A DNA stretch of 64,000 bases from Patescibacteria group bacterium (lineage in GTDB: Bacteria > Patescibacteriota > Saccharimonadia > Saccharimonadales > 2-12-FULL-41-12). Below, one piece after another: positions 1 to 9,568 of this stretch. The DNA lies in assembly GCA_038064875.1 (NCBI GenBank), contig JBBTSC010000001.1, forward strand, positions 55,369 through 119,368, written 5' to 3'. The notes beneath the pieces are model-generated. The model was not told where the DNA came from. It was given only the letters and a program-made list of their open reading frames with translations, and did no database searches. Each line of letters opens with the position of its first letter. The first letter of the stretch is position 1. The translations under genes and the position numbers were made by a program.

Positions 1-687
1 GGAAATGTAGAGCTGTTGTCACTTGCCAAGCTCAATCTCGTGCAATCCCGCGAGGGAGGCATGGTTAGGCTGACAGGTGCTAAGACAGTAGAGCATTATC
101 CAGAGATCGTGAAGGATGCAGACGGCATGATGATGGTGTATGAGTGGCTAAAAACTGTAGATAAGATTTCTCCAGACGGCGAAGGGCAGGAGTATTTTGA
201 GCTACTTCACACCAGCCTCAATGCTTTGAACGAACAAAAAATTAGTGCAGAAAATATACATATTTGGTTATATATTCAGCTGATAAATGCCAGCGGATAC
301 ACGCTAAATTGGGATAATTTACCTGACTTGCGTGGAGCTTTCTCAGCTCCAGACTTATCTGAGTCGCCCAAAACAGATATTTCTTCACTCAGTGTACCTA
401 CGGGTACCCCTCAATCTGATAATATCGGTTTTGAATCAACTCAGAATAACTCTGGAAACCAAGAAATTCCACACACGGCAGGTACTGATTTAACAGATGG
501 AGTGTTAGATTTTGACTTTGCCAGTCACCAATTCGTACCATCAGCCAGTGGTATTTATAGTCAGGCTATGGTCAAGCTGATCAAGTTCCATGGAGAGGCA
601 GAAATGCCAAAACAAGTTGTCTGTGACCAGGCTCTCCAGATAGCCTCTGGCAAACTTCTTTCAGAAATTATTAAAAGGATTGTATAA
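1..687 (+). CDS. Partial CDS (5' end outside window), possibly RecO-like recombination mediator
   Basis: The frame is open upstream to base 1. The C-terminal half has an F-E-x-L-L-x-x-x-G-Y-like segment (IHIWLYIQLINASGYTLNW) loosely like RecO. Lies directly upstream of glyQS, the same order as era-recO-glyQS in Firmicutes. No zinc finger seen. Confidence 0.35.
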   Translation, partial: GNVELLSLAKLNLVQSREGGMVRLTGAKTVEHYPEIVKDADGMMMVYEWLKTVDKISPDGEGQEYFELLHTSLNALNEQKISAENIHIWLYIQLINASGYTLNWDNLPDLRGAFSAPDLSESPKTDISSLSVPTGTPQSDNIGFESTQNNSGNQEIPHTAGTDLTDGVLDFDFASHQFVPSASGIYSQAMVKLIKFHGEAEMPKQVVCDQALQIASGKLLSEIIKRIV

Positions 688-696
688 TTAGAGTCA

Positions 697-2322
697 ATGA
701 GTAAATCAAAAGTGAAAATGGAAGATATAGTTAGTTTGTGTAAACGCCGTGGTTTTATATACCAAGGCAGTGAAGTTTATGGTGGCCTATCTGGTACTTG
801 GGATTACGGCCCTTTGGGAGTAGCTCTAAAGCGGAATATCATTAACTTCTGGTGGAAGACGTTTGTTGAGGATAGAGACGACATGTACGGCGTCGATGCA
901 GCGATTTTGATGAACCAAAAAGTCTGGCAAGCCAGTGGTCACGTAGATACTTTTACAGATCCTCTTGTTGAGTGTAATGAATGCGGTGCTAAGCACAGGG
1001 TTGATCAACTGGGTATAGACGAGGAAATTTTTTCTAAAACCCTAAATGCATACAATAATAAACTCAAAATTTTAATAAAGGATTTTACTCATAAAATCAG
1101 AGAAGAAAAAGAAAAAAACCGTAAATTTCTGAATTTAGACACTTCCTTACTTGAACAAGGTATATTGGACAAAAATGCTATAAATATTATCAAAGAATTT
1201 TCAGAGAATATTCCTGAAGACACTGCCTCCTATATTAATCTCGAAAGACTTTCTATAAGAATACGGGAAATGCGACTGGAATTAATAAAAGCTAAGAGTT
1301 TGGAAGGTCCTATTGTAAAAGAATTTCTACAGCTAACTAACATAACCTGTCCTACTTGTAAGAGCAATAACTGGTTAACCCCTAGAAAATTCAATATGAT
1401 GTTCAAGACCAATGTTGGTCCTGTAGCGGATGAGAATTCTGTCAGCTATCTAAGGCCTGAGACTGCACAGGGGATATTTACGAATTATAAGAACGTGGTG
1501 GATAGCTTTTATCCAGATGTGCCGTTTGGTATTGGGCAGATTGGCAAGGCTTTTAGAAACGAAATCAGCCCACGTGACTTTGTGTTCCGTAGTCGTGAGT
1601 TTGAGCAGATGGAAATAGAATATTTCATCCATCCAGATAGTTGGGAGAAGATGTTTGACGGCTGGGTAAAGGGAATTAGAATGTTCCTCAAAGAACTTGG
1701 TTTGCCAGAAGATTCAGTACACGAGCTAGAGGTAGAAGAGGCAGATCGTGCACATTATAGTAAGCGTACTATCGACTTTGAGTTTGATTTCCCACACAAG
1801 CGTGATGAATTACTCGGCCTAGCTTACAGAACAGACTTCGATCTAGGAAACATCCAGCGAGTTAGTGGTAAAAACATGGAATATCGGCCAAAAGACGGTT
1901 CAGAACCGTTTGTTCCTCATGTAATAGAGCCGAGCTTTGGTGTAGAGCGTATGATAGTTGCTGTTCTGACCAGTGCATATACAGAGGACGAGATCAACGG
2001 AGAGAAAAGAACTTATTTGAAGTTACCAGCACATCTCGCTCCTGTTAAAGTAGCAGTATCTCCACTACTAAAGAACAAGCCAGAATTAGTTGCTAAAGCT
2101 CAAGAAGTCTATAAAATGCTTAAAAAAGAATACGGCAACGTAATGTATGACGACAACGGCAACATCGGCAAAAGATACCGACGCCAAGACGAAATCGGTA
2201 CCCCATACTGCATAACAATAGACTTCGACACCCTAGAAGATAACACAGTGACTATTAGAGACAGAGACACAGCCGAACAAAAAAGAATAAGTGCAATTAA
2301 GATAAAAGGAACAATTAGCTAG
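697..2322 (+). CDS. glyQS: Glycyl-tRNA synthetase, single-chain alpha2 (eukaryal/archaeal-type) form
   Basis: N-terminus KRRGFIYQGSEVYGGLSGTWDYGPLG and NEISPRDFVFRSREFEQMEIEYF class II motifs. Internal insertion domain present. 541 aa. Confidence 0.92.
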   Translation: MSKSKVKMEDIVSLCKRRGFIYQGSEVYGGLSGTWDYGPLGVALKRNIINFWWKTFVEDRDDMYGVDAAILMNQKVWQASGHVDTFTDPLVECNECGAKHRVDQLGIDEEIFSKTLNAYNNKLKILIKDFTHKIREEKEKNRKFLNLDTSLLEQGILDKNAINIIKEFSENIPEDTASYINLERLSIRIREMRLELIKAKSLEGPIVKEFLQLTNITCPTCKSNNWLTPRKFNMMFKTNVGPVADENSVSYLRPETAQGIFTNYKNVVDSFYPDVPFGIGQIGKAFRNEISPRDFVFRSREFEQMEIEYFIHPDSWEKMFDGWVKGIRMFLKELGLPEDSVHELEVEEADRAHYSKRTIDFEFDFPHKRDELLGLAYRTDFDLGNIQRVSGKNMEYRPKDGSEPFVPHVIEPSFGVERMIVAVLTSAYTEDEINGEKRTYLKLPAHLAPVKVAVSPLLKNKPELVAKAQEVYKMLKKEYGNVMYDDNGNIGKRYRRQDEIGTPYCITIDFDTLEDNTVTIRDRDTAEQKRISAIKIKGTIS

Positions 2323-2323
2323 A

Positions 2324-3037
2324 ATGTCAACTATGGATGTTATCTCGAAAGTTCGTGCTAGTTTACCAATAGTACTAGTTGCAGATGCTGATAACAATAT
2401 CGTATCAAAGGGTAGCGGTTTTGTATTTCAGAATCAAGAACTTGTGGTTACTTGTGCTCATGTTGTTGCAAATAAGCCTAATTCAAGTGTTTATCTACAA
2501 TTTGAAGATAATGATCAATTCGTATCTGCTAGTGTTGCTTTAATTGATCAGGACCATGATATAGCACTTCTCCGTTTTAAGCCCGATAAAAACAGGCAAC
2601 CACTAATAAGCTCAGAGAAATCTGTACAAGAAGGTATGTCAGTATTATTCTCCGGATATCCGTTATCTTTGATGAGCCTTACTACTCATCAAGGGATAGT
2701 CTCTTCAATAATCAAAGATCCCACAGGTATGACACGTTATTTGATTGACGGCACTGTTAACCCCGGCAATAGTGGTGGTCCCTTGCTGGACGTTGATGGT
2801 AAAGTTCTAGGAGTTATTGACGCAACGAGAAGAGAGAACAATGACATTATAAGCAAACTTAAATTTATGAATACTGGAGCAATATCTCTGCATGGTTTAG
2901 ATTTAGTTGAATTATATAATGCTTTAGCTAATAATCTACAGCTTGGTGTAGGCTACGCCGTTCCTGCAGGATATATACCAAGCTATCCTGAACCTAAAGC
3001 TAATACTAAAACAAAAAAGGAAAGAAAAAAGAAGTGA
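2324..3037 (+). CDS. Trypsin-like (S1/HtrA-type) serine protease domain protein; no signal peptide and no PDZ domain
   Basis: TCAHVV (His), DIALLRF (Asp) and GNSGGPLLDVDGKVLGV (Ser) catalytic triad contexts. The N-terminus lacks a signal peptide. Overlaps the next ORF by 4 nt. Confidence 0.8.
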   Translation: MSTMDVISKVRASLPIVLVADADNNIVSKGSGFVFQNQELVVTCAHVVANKPNSSVYLQFEDNDQFVSASVALIDQDHDIALLRFKPDKNRQPLISSEKSVQEGMSVLFSGYPLSLMSLTTHQGIVSSIIKDPTGMTRYLIDGTVNPGNSGGPLLDVDGKVLGVIDATRRENNDIISKLKFMNTGAISLHGLDLVELYNALANNLQLGVGYAVPAGYIPSYPEPKANTKTKKERKKK

Positions 3038-3360
3038 ATATCAAATATATACATCAGGCCAATGGTTTCTATTTTGGATTTATTTCAAACGAGTCTTTAT
3101 TTAGTCGTGATGGAGCTTATCTAGGTTGGGTTGAAAATGATAGTAGTGTTTGGGATAAACACGGTAGATACAGAGGTCATATAATTACCATTAATAATGC
3201 TAATTATATTTTCCGTCCAAGATTCACCGTATCTCCTATACCTAAAGTGCCAAAAGTAGAACCTGTTAGACCAGTTTTACCTCAACCTGCTATGAATCTT
3301 ATGCCTATAATCATACCTCTATCTCATGAAGAAGCTTTTAAGAATCCAAATATAAGCTAA
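3034..3360 (+). CDS. Hypothetical small protein translationally coupled to the protease
   Basis: ATGA overlap with the upstream protease gene. Pro/Val-rich C-terminus. No recognisable motif. Confidence 0.4.
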   Translation: MNIKYIHQANGFYFGFISNESLFSRDGAYLGWVENDSSVWDKHGRYRGHIITINNANYIFRPRFTVSPIPKVPKVEPVRPVLPQPAMNLMPIIIPLSHEEAFKNPNIS

Positions 3361-3374
3361 GGATTATTATTTGT

Positions 3375-3989
3375 ATGAATATAGTTGATTTATCTGTTGT
3401 TTTGAATGAGGAGACTCCGGTTTATCCTGGAGATCCTGCTACAAAGATAGAACCTGCTGGGATTTTTGGCAAAGATGGCTACAATGACCATTATGTATCT
3501 GTTGGTACGCATGTGGGGACTCATATTGATGCACCTTTGCATATGATTGACGGTGGCAAAACTATTGATCAATTTCCTCTAGATAAATTTATTGGCAGAG
3601 GAGTATATGTCAAATTAGAGAATAAAACATTTGATCTAGAAAAGCTTAAAAACATGGATATCAGAGAAGGCGATACTGTGTTATTTCACACCGGTATGAG
3701 CGACTTTTATGGTCAGAGTGAATATTTTGATCAATCACCAGAAATAACAGAGGATATAGCCCAATATTTGGTAGAGAAAAAGATAAGTATGGTCGGCATG
3801 GACATGTGTAGCCCAGACAAGCCACCTTTTAACACCCACAAAATCTTCCTTGGTGCGGATGTGTTAATCATAGAAAATCTAACCAATCTATCAGAACTAG
3901 AAAACAAAGAATTCACAGTCCACGCGCTCCCGCTAAAACTACAAATAGATGCCTCACCGAGTAGAGTAACTGCTATAATTGAAGAATAA
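3375..3989 (+). CDS. Cyclase-family protein (kynurenine formamidase-like, PF04199)
   Basis: HVGTHIDAPLHM metal-binding His motif and overall cyclase-family pattern. 204 aa. Confidence 0.75.
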   Translation: MNIVDLSVVLNEETPVYPGDPATKIEPAGIFGKDGYNDHYVSVGTHVGTHIDAPLHMIDGGKTIDQFPLDKFIGRGVYVKLENKTFDLEKLKNMDIREGDTVLFHTGMSDFYGQSEYFDQSPEITEDIAQYLVEKKISMVGMDMCSPDKPPFNTHKIFLGADVLIIENLTNLSELENKEFTVHALPLKLQIDASPSRVTAIIEE

Positions 3990-4882
3990 TGAAGAAAAAG
4001 ATACTTATTACGGATTCGTTTTTTGTCCCCGAAGGGCACAAAGAGCGTTTGCGTAACGCTGGGTATGAAGTTGTGCATCTGGACAAAGTTAAAGCCAGTG
4101 AAGCAGAGATAATAAAAGCACTCGAAGGGGTTTCAGTCTATATTATCGGAGGTATAGAAGAGGTAAATGACAAGGTTATTGAGTCTACAGATATGCTAGA
4201 GACAATCATTTTTACAGGTGTTGATTACCAAAAGTTTGTGCCCGGATCTGTCAAAGCTATAGAAAAAGGTATAAAAATACTTAATGCACCAGGTGCTAAC
4301 GCTGTTGGAGTGGCTGAGTTTGCTGTTGGGGTAGCGCTACTCATGCAACGAAATTTGGTAAGTATAAGCAGGCTAGGCGATAAAAAGAACTTCACAACAG
4401 GCTCATTACAGGACTCTGTAATAGGGCTAATAGGTGCTGGAAATATTGGTCAGACGATTTTAGATATTGTCACTCCGATCCAGCCCAAAGAAGTTATTTA
4501 TTATAATCGTTCTGAAAAGGACGTAAAAGCAAGGCGTGTTGAGCTAGATGAGCTACTAGAAAAATCAGATATTATTTTCCTAACTCTGCCTATGAGCGCA
4601 GGTGAAATTTTGGATAAGGAGAATATTGCAAAGTTGAAAAAGGGCAGTCTATTGGTTAGTGTTTCTCCCTATAATTTAATCGATTTTGATGCACTTTTGC
4701 CGCGTCTTAAAGCTGGTGAAGTCCGTTGTGGTGTGGATTGGCCATCACCATCACCAGAATTTGATGAGCTTTCTATTGATGTTTGGTACAGCGTGAACTC
4801 TCATAGTGCATACAACACCAAGCAAGCAATTAATAAAGTTAGTGACAGTGTTACAGAAACGGCAATAGGGCTACTAAAATAG
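3989..4882 (+). CDS. D-isomer-specific 2-hydroxyacid dehydrogenase (NAD-binding)
   Basis: GLIGAGNIGQ Rossmann motif. Catalytic-domain organisation typical of PGDH/GyaR-like enzymes. Start overlaps the upstream stop (TAATG). Confidence 0.8.
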   Translation: MKKKILITDSFFVPEGHKERLRNAGYEVVHLDKVKASEAEIIKALEGVSVYIIGGIEEVNDKVIESTDMLETIIFTGVDYQKFVPGSVKAIEKGIKILNAPGANAVGVAEFAVGVALLMQRNLVSISRLGDKKNFTTGSLQDSVIGLIGAGNIGQTILDIVTPIQPKEVIYYNRSEKDVKARRVELDELLEKSDIIFLTLPMSAGEILDKENIAKLKKGSLLVSVSPYNLIDFDALLPRLKAGEVRCGVDWPSPSPEFDELSIDVWYSVNSHSAYNTKQAINKVSDSVTETAIGLLK

Positions 4883-4884
4883 CT

Positions 4885-5394
4885 ATGAGCGACATTCCAG
4901 AGGATGCTTTGGTGGAGAGTTGGGAGAGTGTGCATACTCATTCTGTGAAGTTAGCGAAGTTGATCAGAGAACATTGTGCCGAGACTGGTGAGAAGTTTGA
5001 TGGAATTATTGTGATTCCCAGAGGTGGATATTACCCAGCAAACATCGTTGCACGAGAGCTAGGGTTCGAAGCTGTTAGACTGCTAAACGCATCAGTAGGA
5101 TCATATAAAGAGAATGAAACTACTCGCCAATCAGAATTCGAGCTAGGGCAAATGCCAAGCAAAGTAGATGTGCAGTCTAAAAACTTGCTCATCATCGACG
5201 AAGTCTGCGATACAGGAAACACACTAGAATTTTTAACAAAATGGCTTAAAGATCAGGGTGCAGGACAGGTGCGGAGCGGAGTGTTGCACTACAAACCACA
5301 GCAAAGCCAAACAGGCTACCAACCAGACTGGTACGTAGTACAAACAGACAAATGGATAGTTTACCCCTGGGAATCCCACGAAAAAGCAGATTAA
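4885..5394 (+). CDS. Type I phosphoribosyltransferase (purine PRTase-like)
   Basis: PRPP-binding motif LLIIDEVCDTGNTL. 169 aa. Confidence 0.7.
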   Translation: MSDIPEDALVESWESVHTHSVKLAKLIREHCAETGEKFDGIIVIPRGGYYPANIVARELGFEAVRLLNASVGSYKENETTRQSEFELGQMPSKVDVQSKNLLIIDEVCDTGNTLEFLTKWLKDQGAGQVRSGVLHYKPQQSQTGYQPDWYVVQTDKWIVYPWESHEKAD

Positions 5395-5430
5395 TAACTG
5401 AACTGCTATAATTAGGTTATAGGAGGGGAT

Positions 5431-5829
5431 ATGGATTTAGTAACAAAATATGCGGTTGTAGCAATAGCTTTTGCTGGAGTGGATTTCATCTGGCTGGGAT
5501 TTGTGGCAAATAAGTTTTATCGGTCTCAGATAGGGTCACTACTCCTTGAAAAGCCTAATTTGACGGCAGCAATAGCGTTTTATGCAATATTCTTAGCAGG
5601 GCTGATATTGTTTGTGATAAACCCTGCTCTGAAAGCAGATGATTGGAAGGTGGCACTGGGGCTAGGGTCTGCATTTGGGCTGGTCACATATGCTACTTAT
5701 GATCTAACAAACCTAGCCACTCTAAAAGGCTACACAACTACCATGACTATTGTAGATATACTCTGGGGGGTTGTACTGACATCAGCTGTATCGGTGATAT
5801 CATTCTTTGTTCTGAGTAAGGTGCTGTAG
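5431..5829 (+). CDS. Small membrane protein (DUF2177-like)
   Basis: Four predicted TM helices. N-terminal pattern resembles DUF2177. Confidence 0.45.
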   Translation: MDLVTKYAVVAIAFAGVDFIWLGFVANKFYRSQIGSLLLEKPNLTAAIAFYAIFLAGLILFVINPALKADDWKVALGLGSAFGLVTYATYDLTNLATLKGYTTTMTIVDILWGVVLTSAVSVISFFVLSKVL

Positions 5830-6608
5830 TGGATTTCTGGCAAACAGCAGGACTCAGTGGGTTAGCAGGATTCGCATTTTTAAACTTAGTATTTCTATAT
5901 GCATTTGGCAAAAAACGCTATGATGTAATTGATTCTGCGTGGGGCATGACATTTATAGTAATCTGCCTGACTAGCTATAATCTATCAGAAAATACAGATG
6001 TTGGGCTCTTGGCTTTAGTCATGGTTATAGTATGGGGTGTTAGACTTTCTAGTCATATTTTTTCTCGATTTGTGCGGTCCAAGACGGAAGATCCGCGGTA
6101 CGTAGAACTACGCAAAAACTGGAAAGGAAGCGTAGCGGTAAACACATATTTTAGGATATTTCTTGCGCAAGCAGTACTGGCTTTTCTGATATGCATACCG
6201 GTAATTGTTCTGAATGTTTACGCAAAGACTGATTGGAGCTGGCTGATAATGGCAGGAATCGTAGTCTGGGTAGTCGGATATATGATAGAAAAAACCGCTG
6301 ACAATCAGCTGCGAAAATTTGTAAGCCAGGACAAAAACAGAGGCAAAATCATGCAATCAGGACTATGGAAATATTCACGTCACCCGAATTATTTCGGTGA
6401 AATAACTCTGTGGTGGGGAATGCTCCTGATATCTTTGGGAGCAACCAGTGTCTGGTGGGCAATTATTGGTCCGCTGACGATAACGTATTTGATTATATTT
6501 GTATCTGGATTACCGCCAAATGAGAAGAGATTTGAAGGCAAACCTGGCTGGAAAGAATACAAGTCAAAAACCAGCGTATTGATACCACTGCCACAAAAGG
6601 CTAAATAA
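5829..6608 (+). CDS. DUF1295 / ICMT / steroid-5-alpha-reductase-like membrane methyltransferase-fold protein
   Basis: KYSRHPNYFGEITLWWG signature (RHPNYxGE). Multi-pass membrane protein. Confidence 0.7.
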   Translation: MDFWQTAGLSGLAGFAFLNLVFLYAFGKKRYDVIDSAWGMTFIVICLTSYNLSENTDVGLLALVMVIVWGVRLSSHIFSRFVRSKTEDPRYVELRKNWKGSVAVNTYFRIFLAQAVLAFLICIPVIVLNVYAKTDWSWLIMAGIVVWVVGYMIEKTADNQLRKFVSQDKNRGKIMQSGLWKYSRHPNYFGEITLWWGMLLISLGATSVWWAIIGPLTITYLIIFVSGLPPNEKRFEGKPGWKEYKSKTSVLIPLPQKAK

Positions 6609-7084
6609 TGGCAAAGGTATTTGTAGAGGACAATCTTCAAAAATATGAATACGAGACAGTAGAGCTTGCTGGCAAAAACTTCGACCCTATATTTGCACCA
6701 GATTTGACGCCAAAACAGATGTTAGAGCTAGGCATATTCAACGGAAATTATTTTGAAGGATATACAGATGAATTTCCAAAAGATTGGTTCAAAAACGCCA
6801 AAGATACAAATTATTTCAAAGTAAATGCCAGCCAATCACGCCAAGAGTGGCAGAGAAAGGGTTGGATCTACGAGGAAGATCCTAGAGGGTGGTTCCAGTG
6901 GTACTGCAGATATTATATGGGGCGGAGAATCCGAGAAGAAGATGCTCGTCAGATAAAACGTTGGAAAAACATCAGACGTCATGTCTCGCAAATCCAGAAA
7001 TACTGTGCGCCAGGCGATTTAACTTGTCGACCACGTCAACGCCAAGCAGTCCTGCACTGGGCCTACGACAGCACAATGCTATAA
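6608..7084 (+). CDS. Hypothetical protein (Trp/Tyr/Arg-rich)
   Basis: ORF coupled to the neighbouring gene. GWFQWYCRYYMGRR segment. No family recognised. Confidence 0.4.
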   Translation: MAKVFVEDNLQKYEYETVELAGKNFDPIFAPDLTPKQMLELGIFNGNYFEGYTDEFPKDWFKNAKDTNYFKVNASQSRQEWQRKGWIYEEDPRGWFQWYCRYYMGRRIREEDARQIKRWKNIRRHVSQIQKYCAPGDLTCRPRQRQAVLHWAYDSTML

Positions 7085-7091
7085 TTGAGCT

Positions 7092-7520
7092 ATGAAAATA
7101 GAAGCCAAAAATGTGGAAGATTATCTGAGCAAGGCAGGGCAATATGAATCCGAACTACGAGAAGTCGATGCTGTGATCAGACAAAATGCGCCTAATTTAA
7201 AACCTGTACTGACTACCGGCATGGCATCTACAATGATTGGCTATGGCAACATGCCATATAAGCCGAAAAGTGCTAAAGTTGCCAGTGAGTGGCCACTAGT
7301 ACTTCTAGCCGCGCAAAAAAACTACATGGCGCTATATCTATGTGCGACAAATGATGGTCAATATGTTGCAGAAAAATACGAGTCACAACTGGGCAAAGTA
7401 TCAGTGGGCAAAAGTTGTGTACGATTCAAAAAATTAGAAGACTTAAATTTAGATACGGTAAAAATTATATTAAAAGACTTGAACACAAGATTTCTCAGAG
7501 GAGAAAAAGCCTTTAACTAG
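7092..7520 (+). CDS. DUF1801 (YdhG-like) domain protein
   Basis: N-terminus VEDYLSKAGQYESELREVDAVIRQNAPNLKPVLTTGM resembles the DUF1801 start pattern. Confidence 0.5.
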   Translation: MKIEAKNVEDYLSKAGQYESELREVDAVIRQNAPNLKPVLTTGMASTMIGYGNMPYKPKSAKVASEWPLVLLAAQKNYMALYLCATNDGQYVAEKYESQLGKVSVGKSCVRFKKLEDLNLDTVKIILKDLNTRFLRGEKAFN

Positions 7521-8124
7521 AGTTGCTACCCAGAGCTTTAGCCCAGTAGTCTTTGGTAGCGGGGAGGCCCCATTTGGCTATTCCGCCAACAGCAATACCA
7601 GCGCCAGCTACTTTTGCTATTTGTCCTAATTTTGGCTGATTATTTTTTTCCAGGTGGGATCCAATAACTTGCAGGCCAGTCCCTAAACAACTGGCAAAAA
7701 CACTGTATTTTCCGTTTTTGCTGACTTCTATATCTGGGTTTTCATTAAATTTTTTGTCATAGATAACAGCGCCTGCGTTGCTGGCGTTATAGAGTCCAAC
7801 AACTGCTAAAAGGCCTGGAGAAGCAAGATCTAGTTTGTAGATATTATAAAGTCCAAAAGCAATCTTTACCTTGTCACCTCCTGCGTCTACCTGTGCGCCG
7901 AGCGCTGATGCGGTGCCAGTCGCCCTGGCGACAGTACCGTCAACAACATCAGCGAGGAATGATCCGGCAACCATGCCGATTCCTTTGGTGGTATCAAGTT
8001 GTGGCATGTATCTCATGGCGACGCCAAAAGCCACTGCATCAATTAGGTTCGCTGGAGTAACAATGTCATGTGTCGCCACTGCTACTTTTTGGAAGATGTT
8101 TGGGTCTTGTTCTGGAATTCGCAT
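7513..8124 (-). CDS. CDP-alcohol phosphatidyltransferase family protein
   Basis: Full signature D-VV-DG-TV-AR-x8-G-AQV-D-AGG-D (ADVVDGTVARATGTASALGAQVDAGGD). Hydrophobic segments present. Local GC higher than surroundings. Confidence 0.6.
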   Translation of the reverse strand: MRIPEQDPNIFQKVAVATHDIVTPANLIDAVAFGVAMRYMPQLDTTKGIGMVAGSFLADVVDGTVARATGTASALGAQVDAGGDKVKIAFGLYNIYKLDLASPGLLAVVGLYNASNAGAVIYDKKFNENPDIEVSKNGKYSVFASCLGTGLQVIGSHLEKNNQPKLGQIAKVAGAGIAVGGIAKWGLPATKDYWAKALGSNSS

Positions 8125-8127
8125 TGT

Positions 8128-9468
8128 TTATTTAGCTCCTCTGTATTTAAGCGCAACGCTACCGGCAACAAGTCCACCGGCTGCTAGAACTACCAATGAT
8201 TTTGCCTTTTTCTTGCCATCTTCTTTAAATTTAGGGTCATCATTTGCTCCTATACAGTTACTAGATGATTCTCCCATGCAAAAGACCATGGCTCGTTCAA
8301 AAGCAGTTATTAGATTACCTGAAGCGATGGTGGCGCTAGTCACATCAGAGATATCTTGATTTTTGCTCATAAAAAAGCCAATTCCGGCTTCTATCCCTCT
8401 GATAACTCTAGTACCGTTGCCGTTCTCTGGGACTACGTAGCCCCGGGATTCAGCTAGTGCTCTAAATAGAGCAGTCAAGCAGACCGTACCCGCGCCGATA
8501 GCGTAGTTGTCGGCAGCTACATCATTACCATTTTGGCGTTCTGTTATTGAGGCTGAGATCAATGAAAATACTTCTTGGATCTTGTCAGCCCAAAGGTCTT
8601 TGAGCATGCCTTCTTGAGTAGTCTCTACGCCATTTTTTTCTGCCTGGTGTCTAGCAAGAGCACCGTCTAAAGCGTCCATCAGACTCCCCATTGAATATAG
8701 GAGGGTAGGGCCCATGACTTTATCTGGTTTTCGCATGAGCATGCATCCTGCTGTTATAACCATACCGGCTCCCAGCATAGTAATATGATCTGGTGTCAGC
8801 CCTGGGACTTTTTCATCAAGTTGTTCAACAATTTTTTGGATAGGGTTGCCGAACACTTCTCTAAATTTACTGTTGCGAGCAGATTCTGTCTTTTCTTTTG
8901 GCTTGTCGTCTTTTAAATACTCTGTTAGGTAGTCAATACCACTCAGAATATTTAGGGCTGTGCCATATGAAGCTGGTCGACGAATATTATCAGGATTGTC
9001 TGCAAGAGGAGAATGAGCCAAAACTAAGGCTGTCATTTCGGCTGTGGTTTTGTATTTACCAAGTTTGCCCGCTGAGACGTCTATCCCTTTTTTGTCTGCG
9101 TAATACCGAGATGATTCTACGACTAAATCTCGTACAAATTTGACACCGATGTGAGTAGGAGATAATTCGCCATTTTTGGTCAATGCGCCTTCTTGGCCAT
9201 AGACAAAAGCTTTATCTGTAAATTGGTCGAATCGAGCGCTAAATTTAGAGAAAGGAGCTTTCCTGCCATAGTGGCCATCACGTTCATCAGTGGCTTCTGC
9301 AAGTAATGCCAGTCCAGCTACAGGCCATCTGCGCTCCCCAGGCTCTTTTAATAGCAAATGAGCCGTCAAGAAAGGCGTAGACACCAATCTAGCAAGAGTA
9401 AGGCTATCGGCCATATTTCTCTCAAATGATCTTTCTGGAAACGAATCTAATATCTCACGTGGTTTCAT
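8128..9468 (-). CDS. Two-domain CDP-alcohol phosphatidyltransferase-like protein
   Basis: N-terminal degenerate motif DERDGHYGR...SARFDQFTD. C-terminal motif DALDGALAR...GMLKDLWAD. Gly-rich. 446 aa. Confidence 0.5.
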   Translation of the reverse strand: MKPREILDSFPERSFERNMADSLTLARLVSTPFLTAHLLLKEPGERRWPVAGLALLAEATDERDGHYGRKAPFSKFSARFDQFTDKAFVYGQEGALTKNGELSPTHIGVKFVRDLVVESSRYYADKKGIDVSAGKLGKYKTTAEMTALVLAHSPLADNPDNIRRPASYGTALNILSGIDYLTEYLKDDKPKEKTESARNSKFREVFGNPIQKIVEQLDEKVPGLTPDHITMLGAGMVITAGCMLMRKPDKVMGPTLLYSMGSLMDALDGALARHQAEKNGVETTQEGMLKDLWADKIQEVFSLISASITERQNGNDVAADNYAIGAGTVCLTALFRALAESRGYVVPENGNGTRVIRGIEAGIGFFMSKNQDISDVTSATIASGNLITAFERAMVFCMGESSSNCIGANDDPKFKEDGKKKAKSLVVLAAGGLVAGSVALKYRGAK

Positions 9469-9568
9469 AACACTCCATAACTTACCGCCACCGTAAATAA
9501 TTTAAAGTATTATACCATAAATTATCTAAATAGTTTAATATCCTTGACAAATATGGTAAAATATTAGT

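Noticed and set aside
7871-8359. 162-aa plus-strand ORF (Ala/Thr/Ser-rich)
   Set aside because: Antisense to the CDP-alcohol phosphatidyltransferase genes in a GC-elevated block. No start context and low-complexity sequence.
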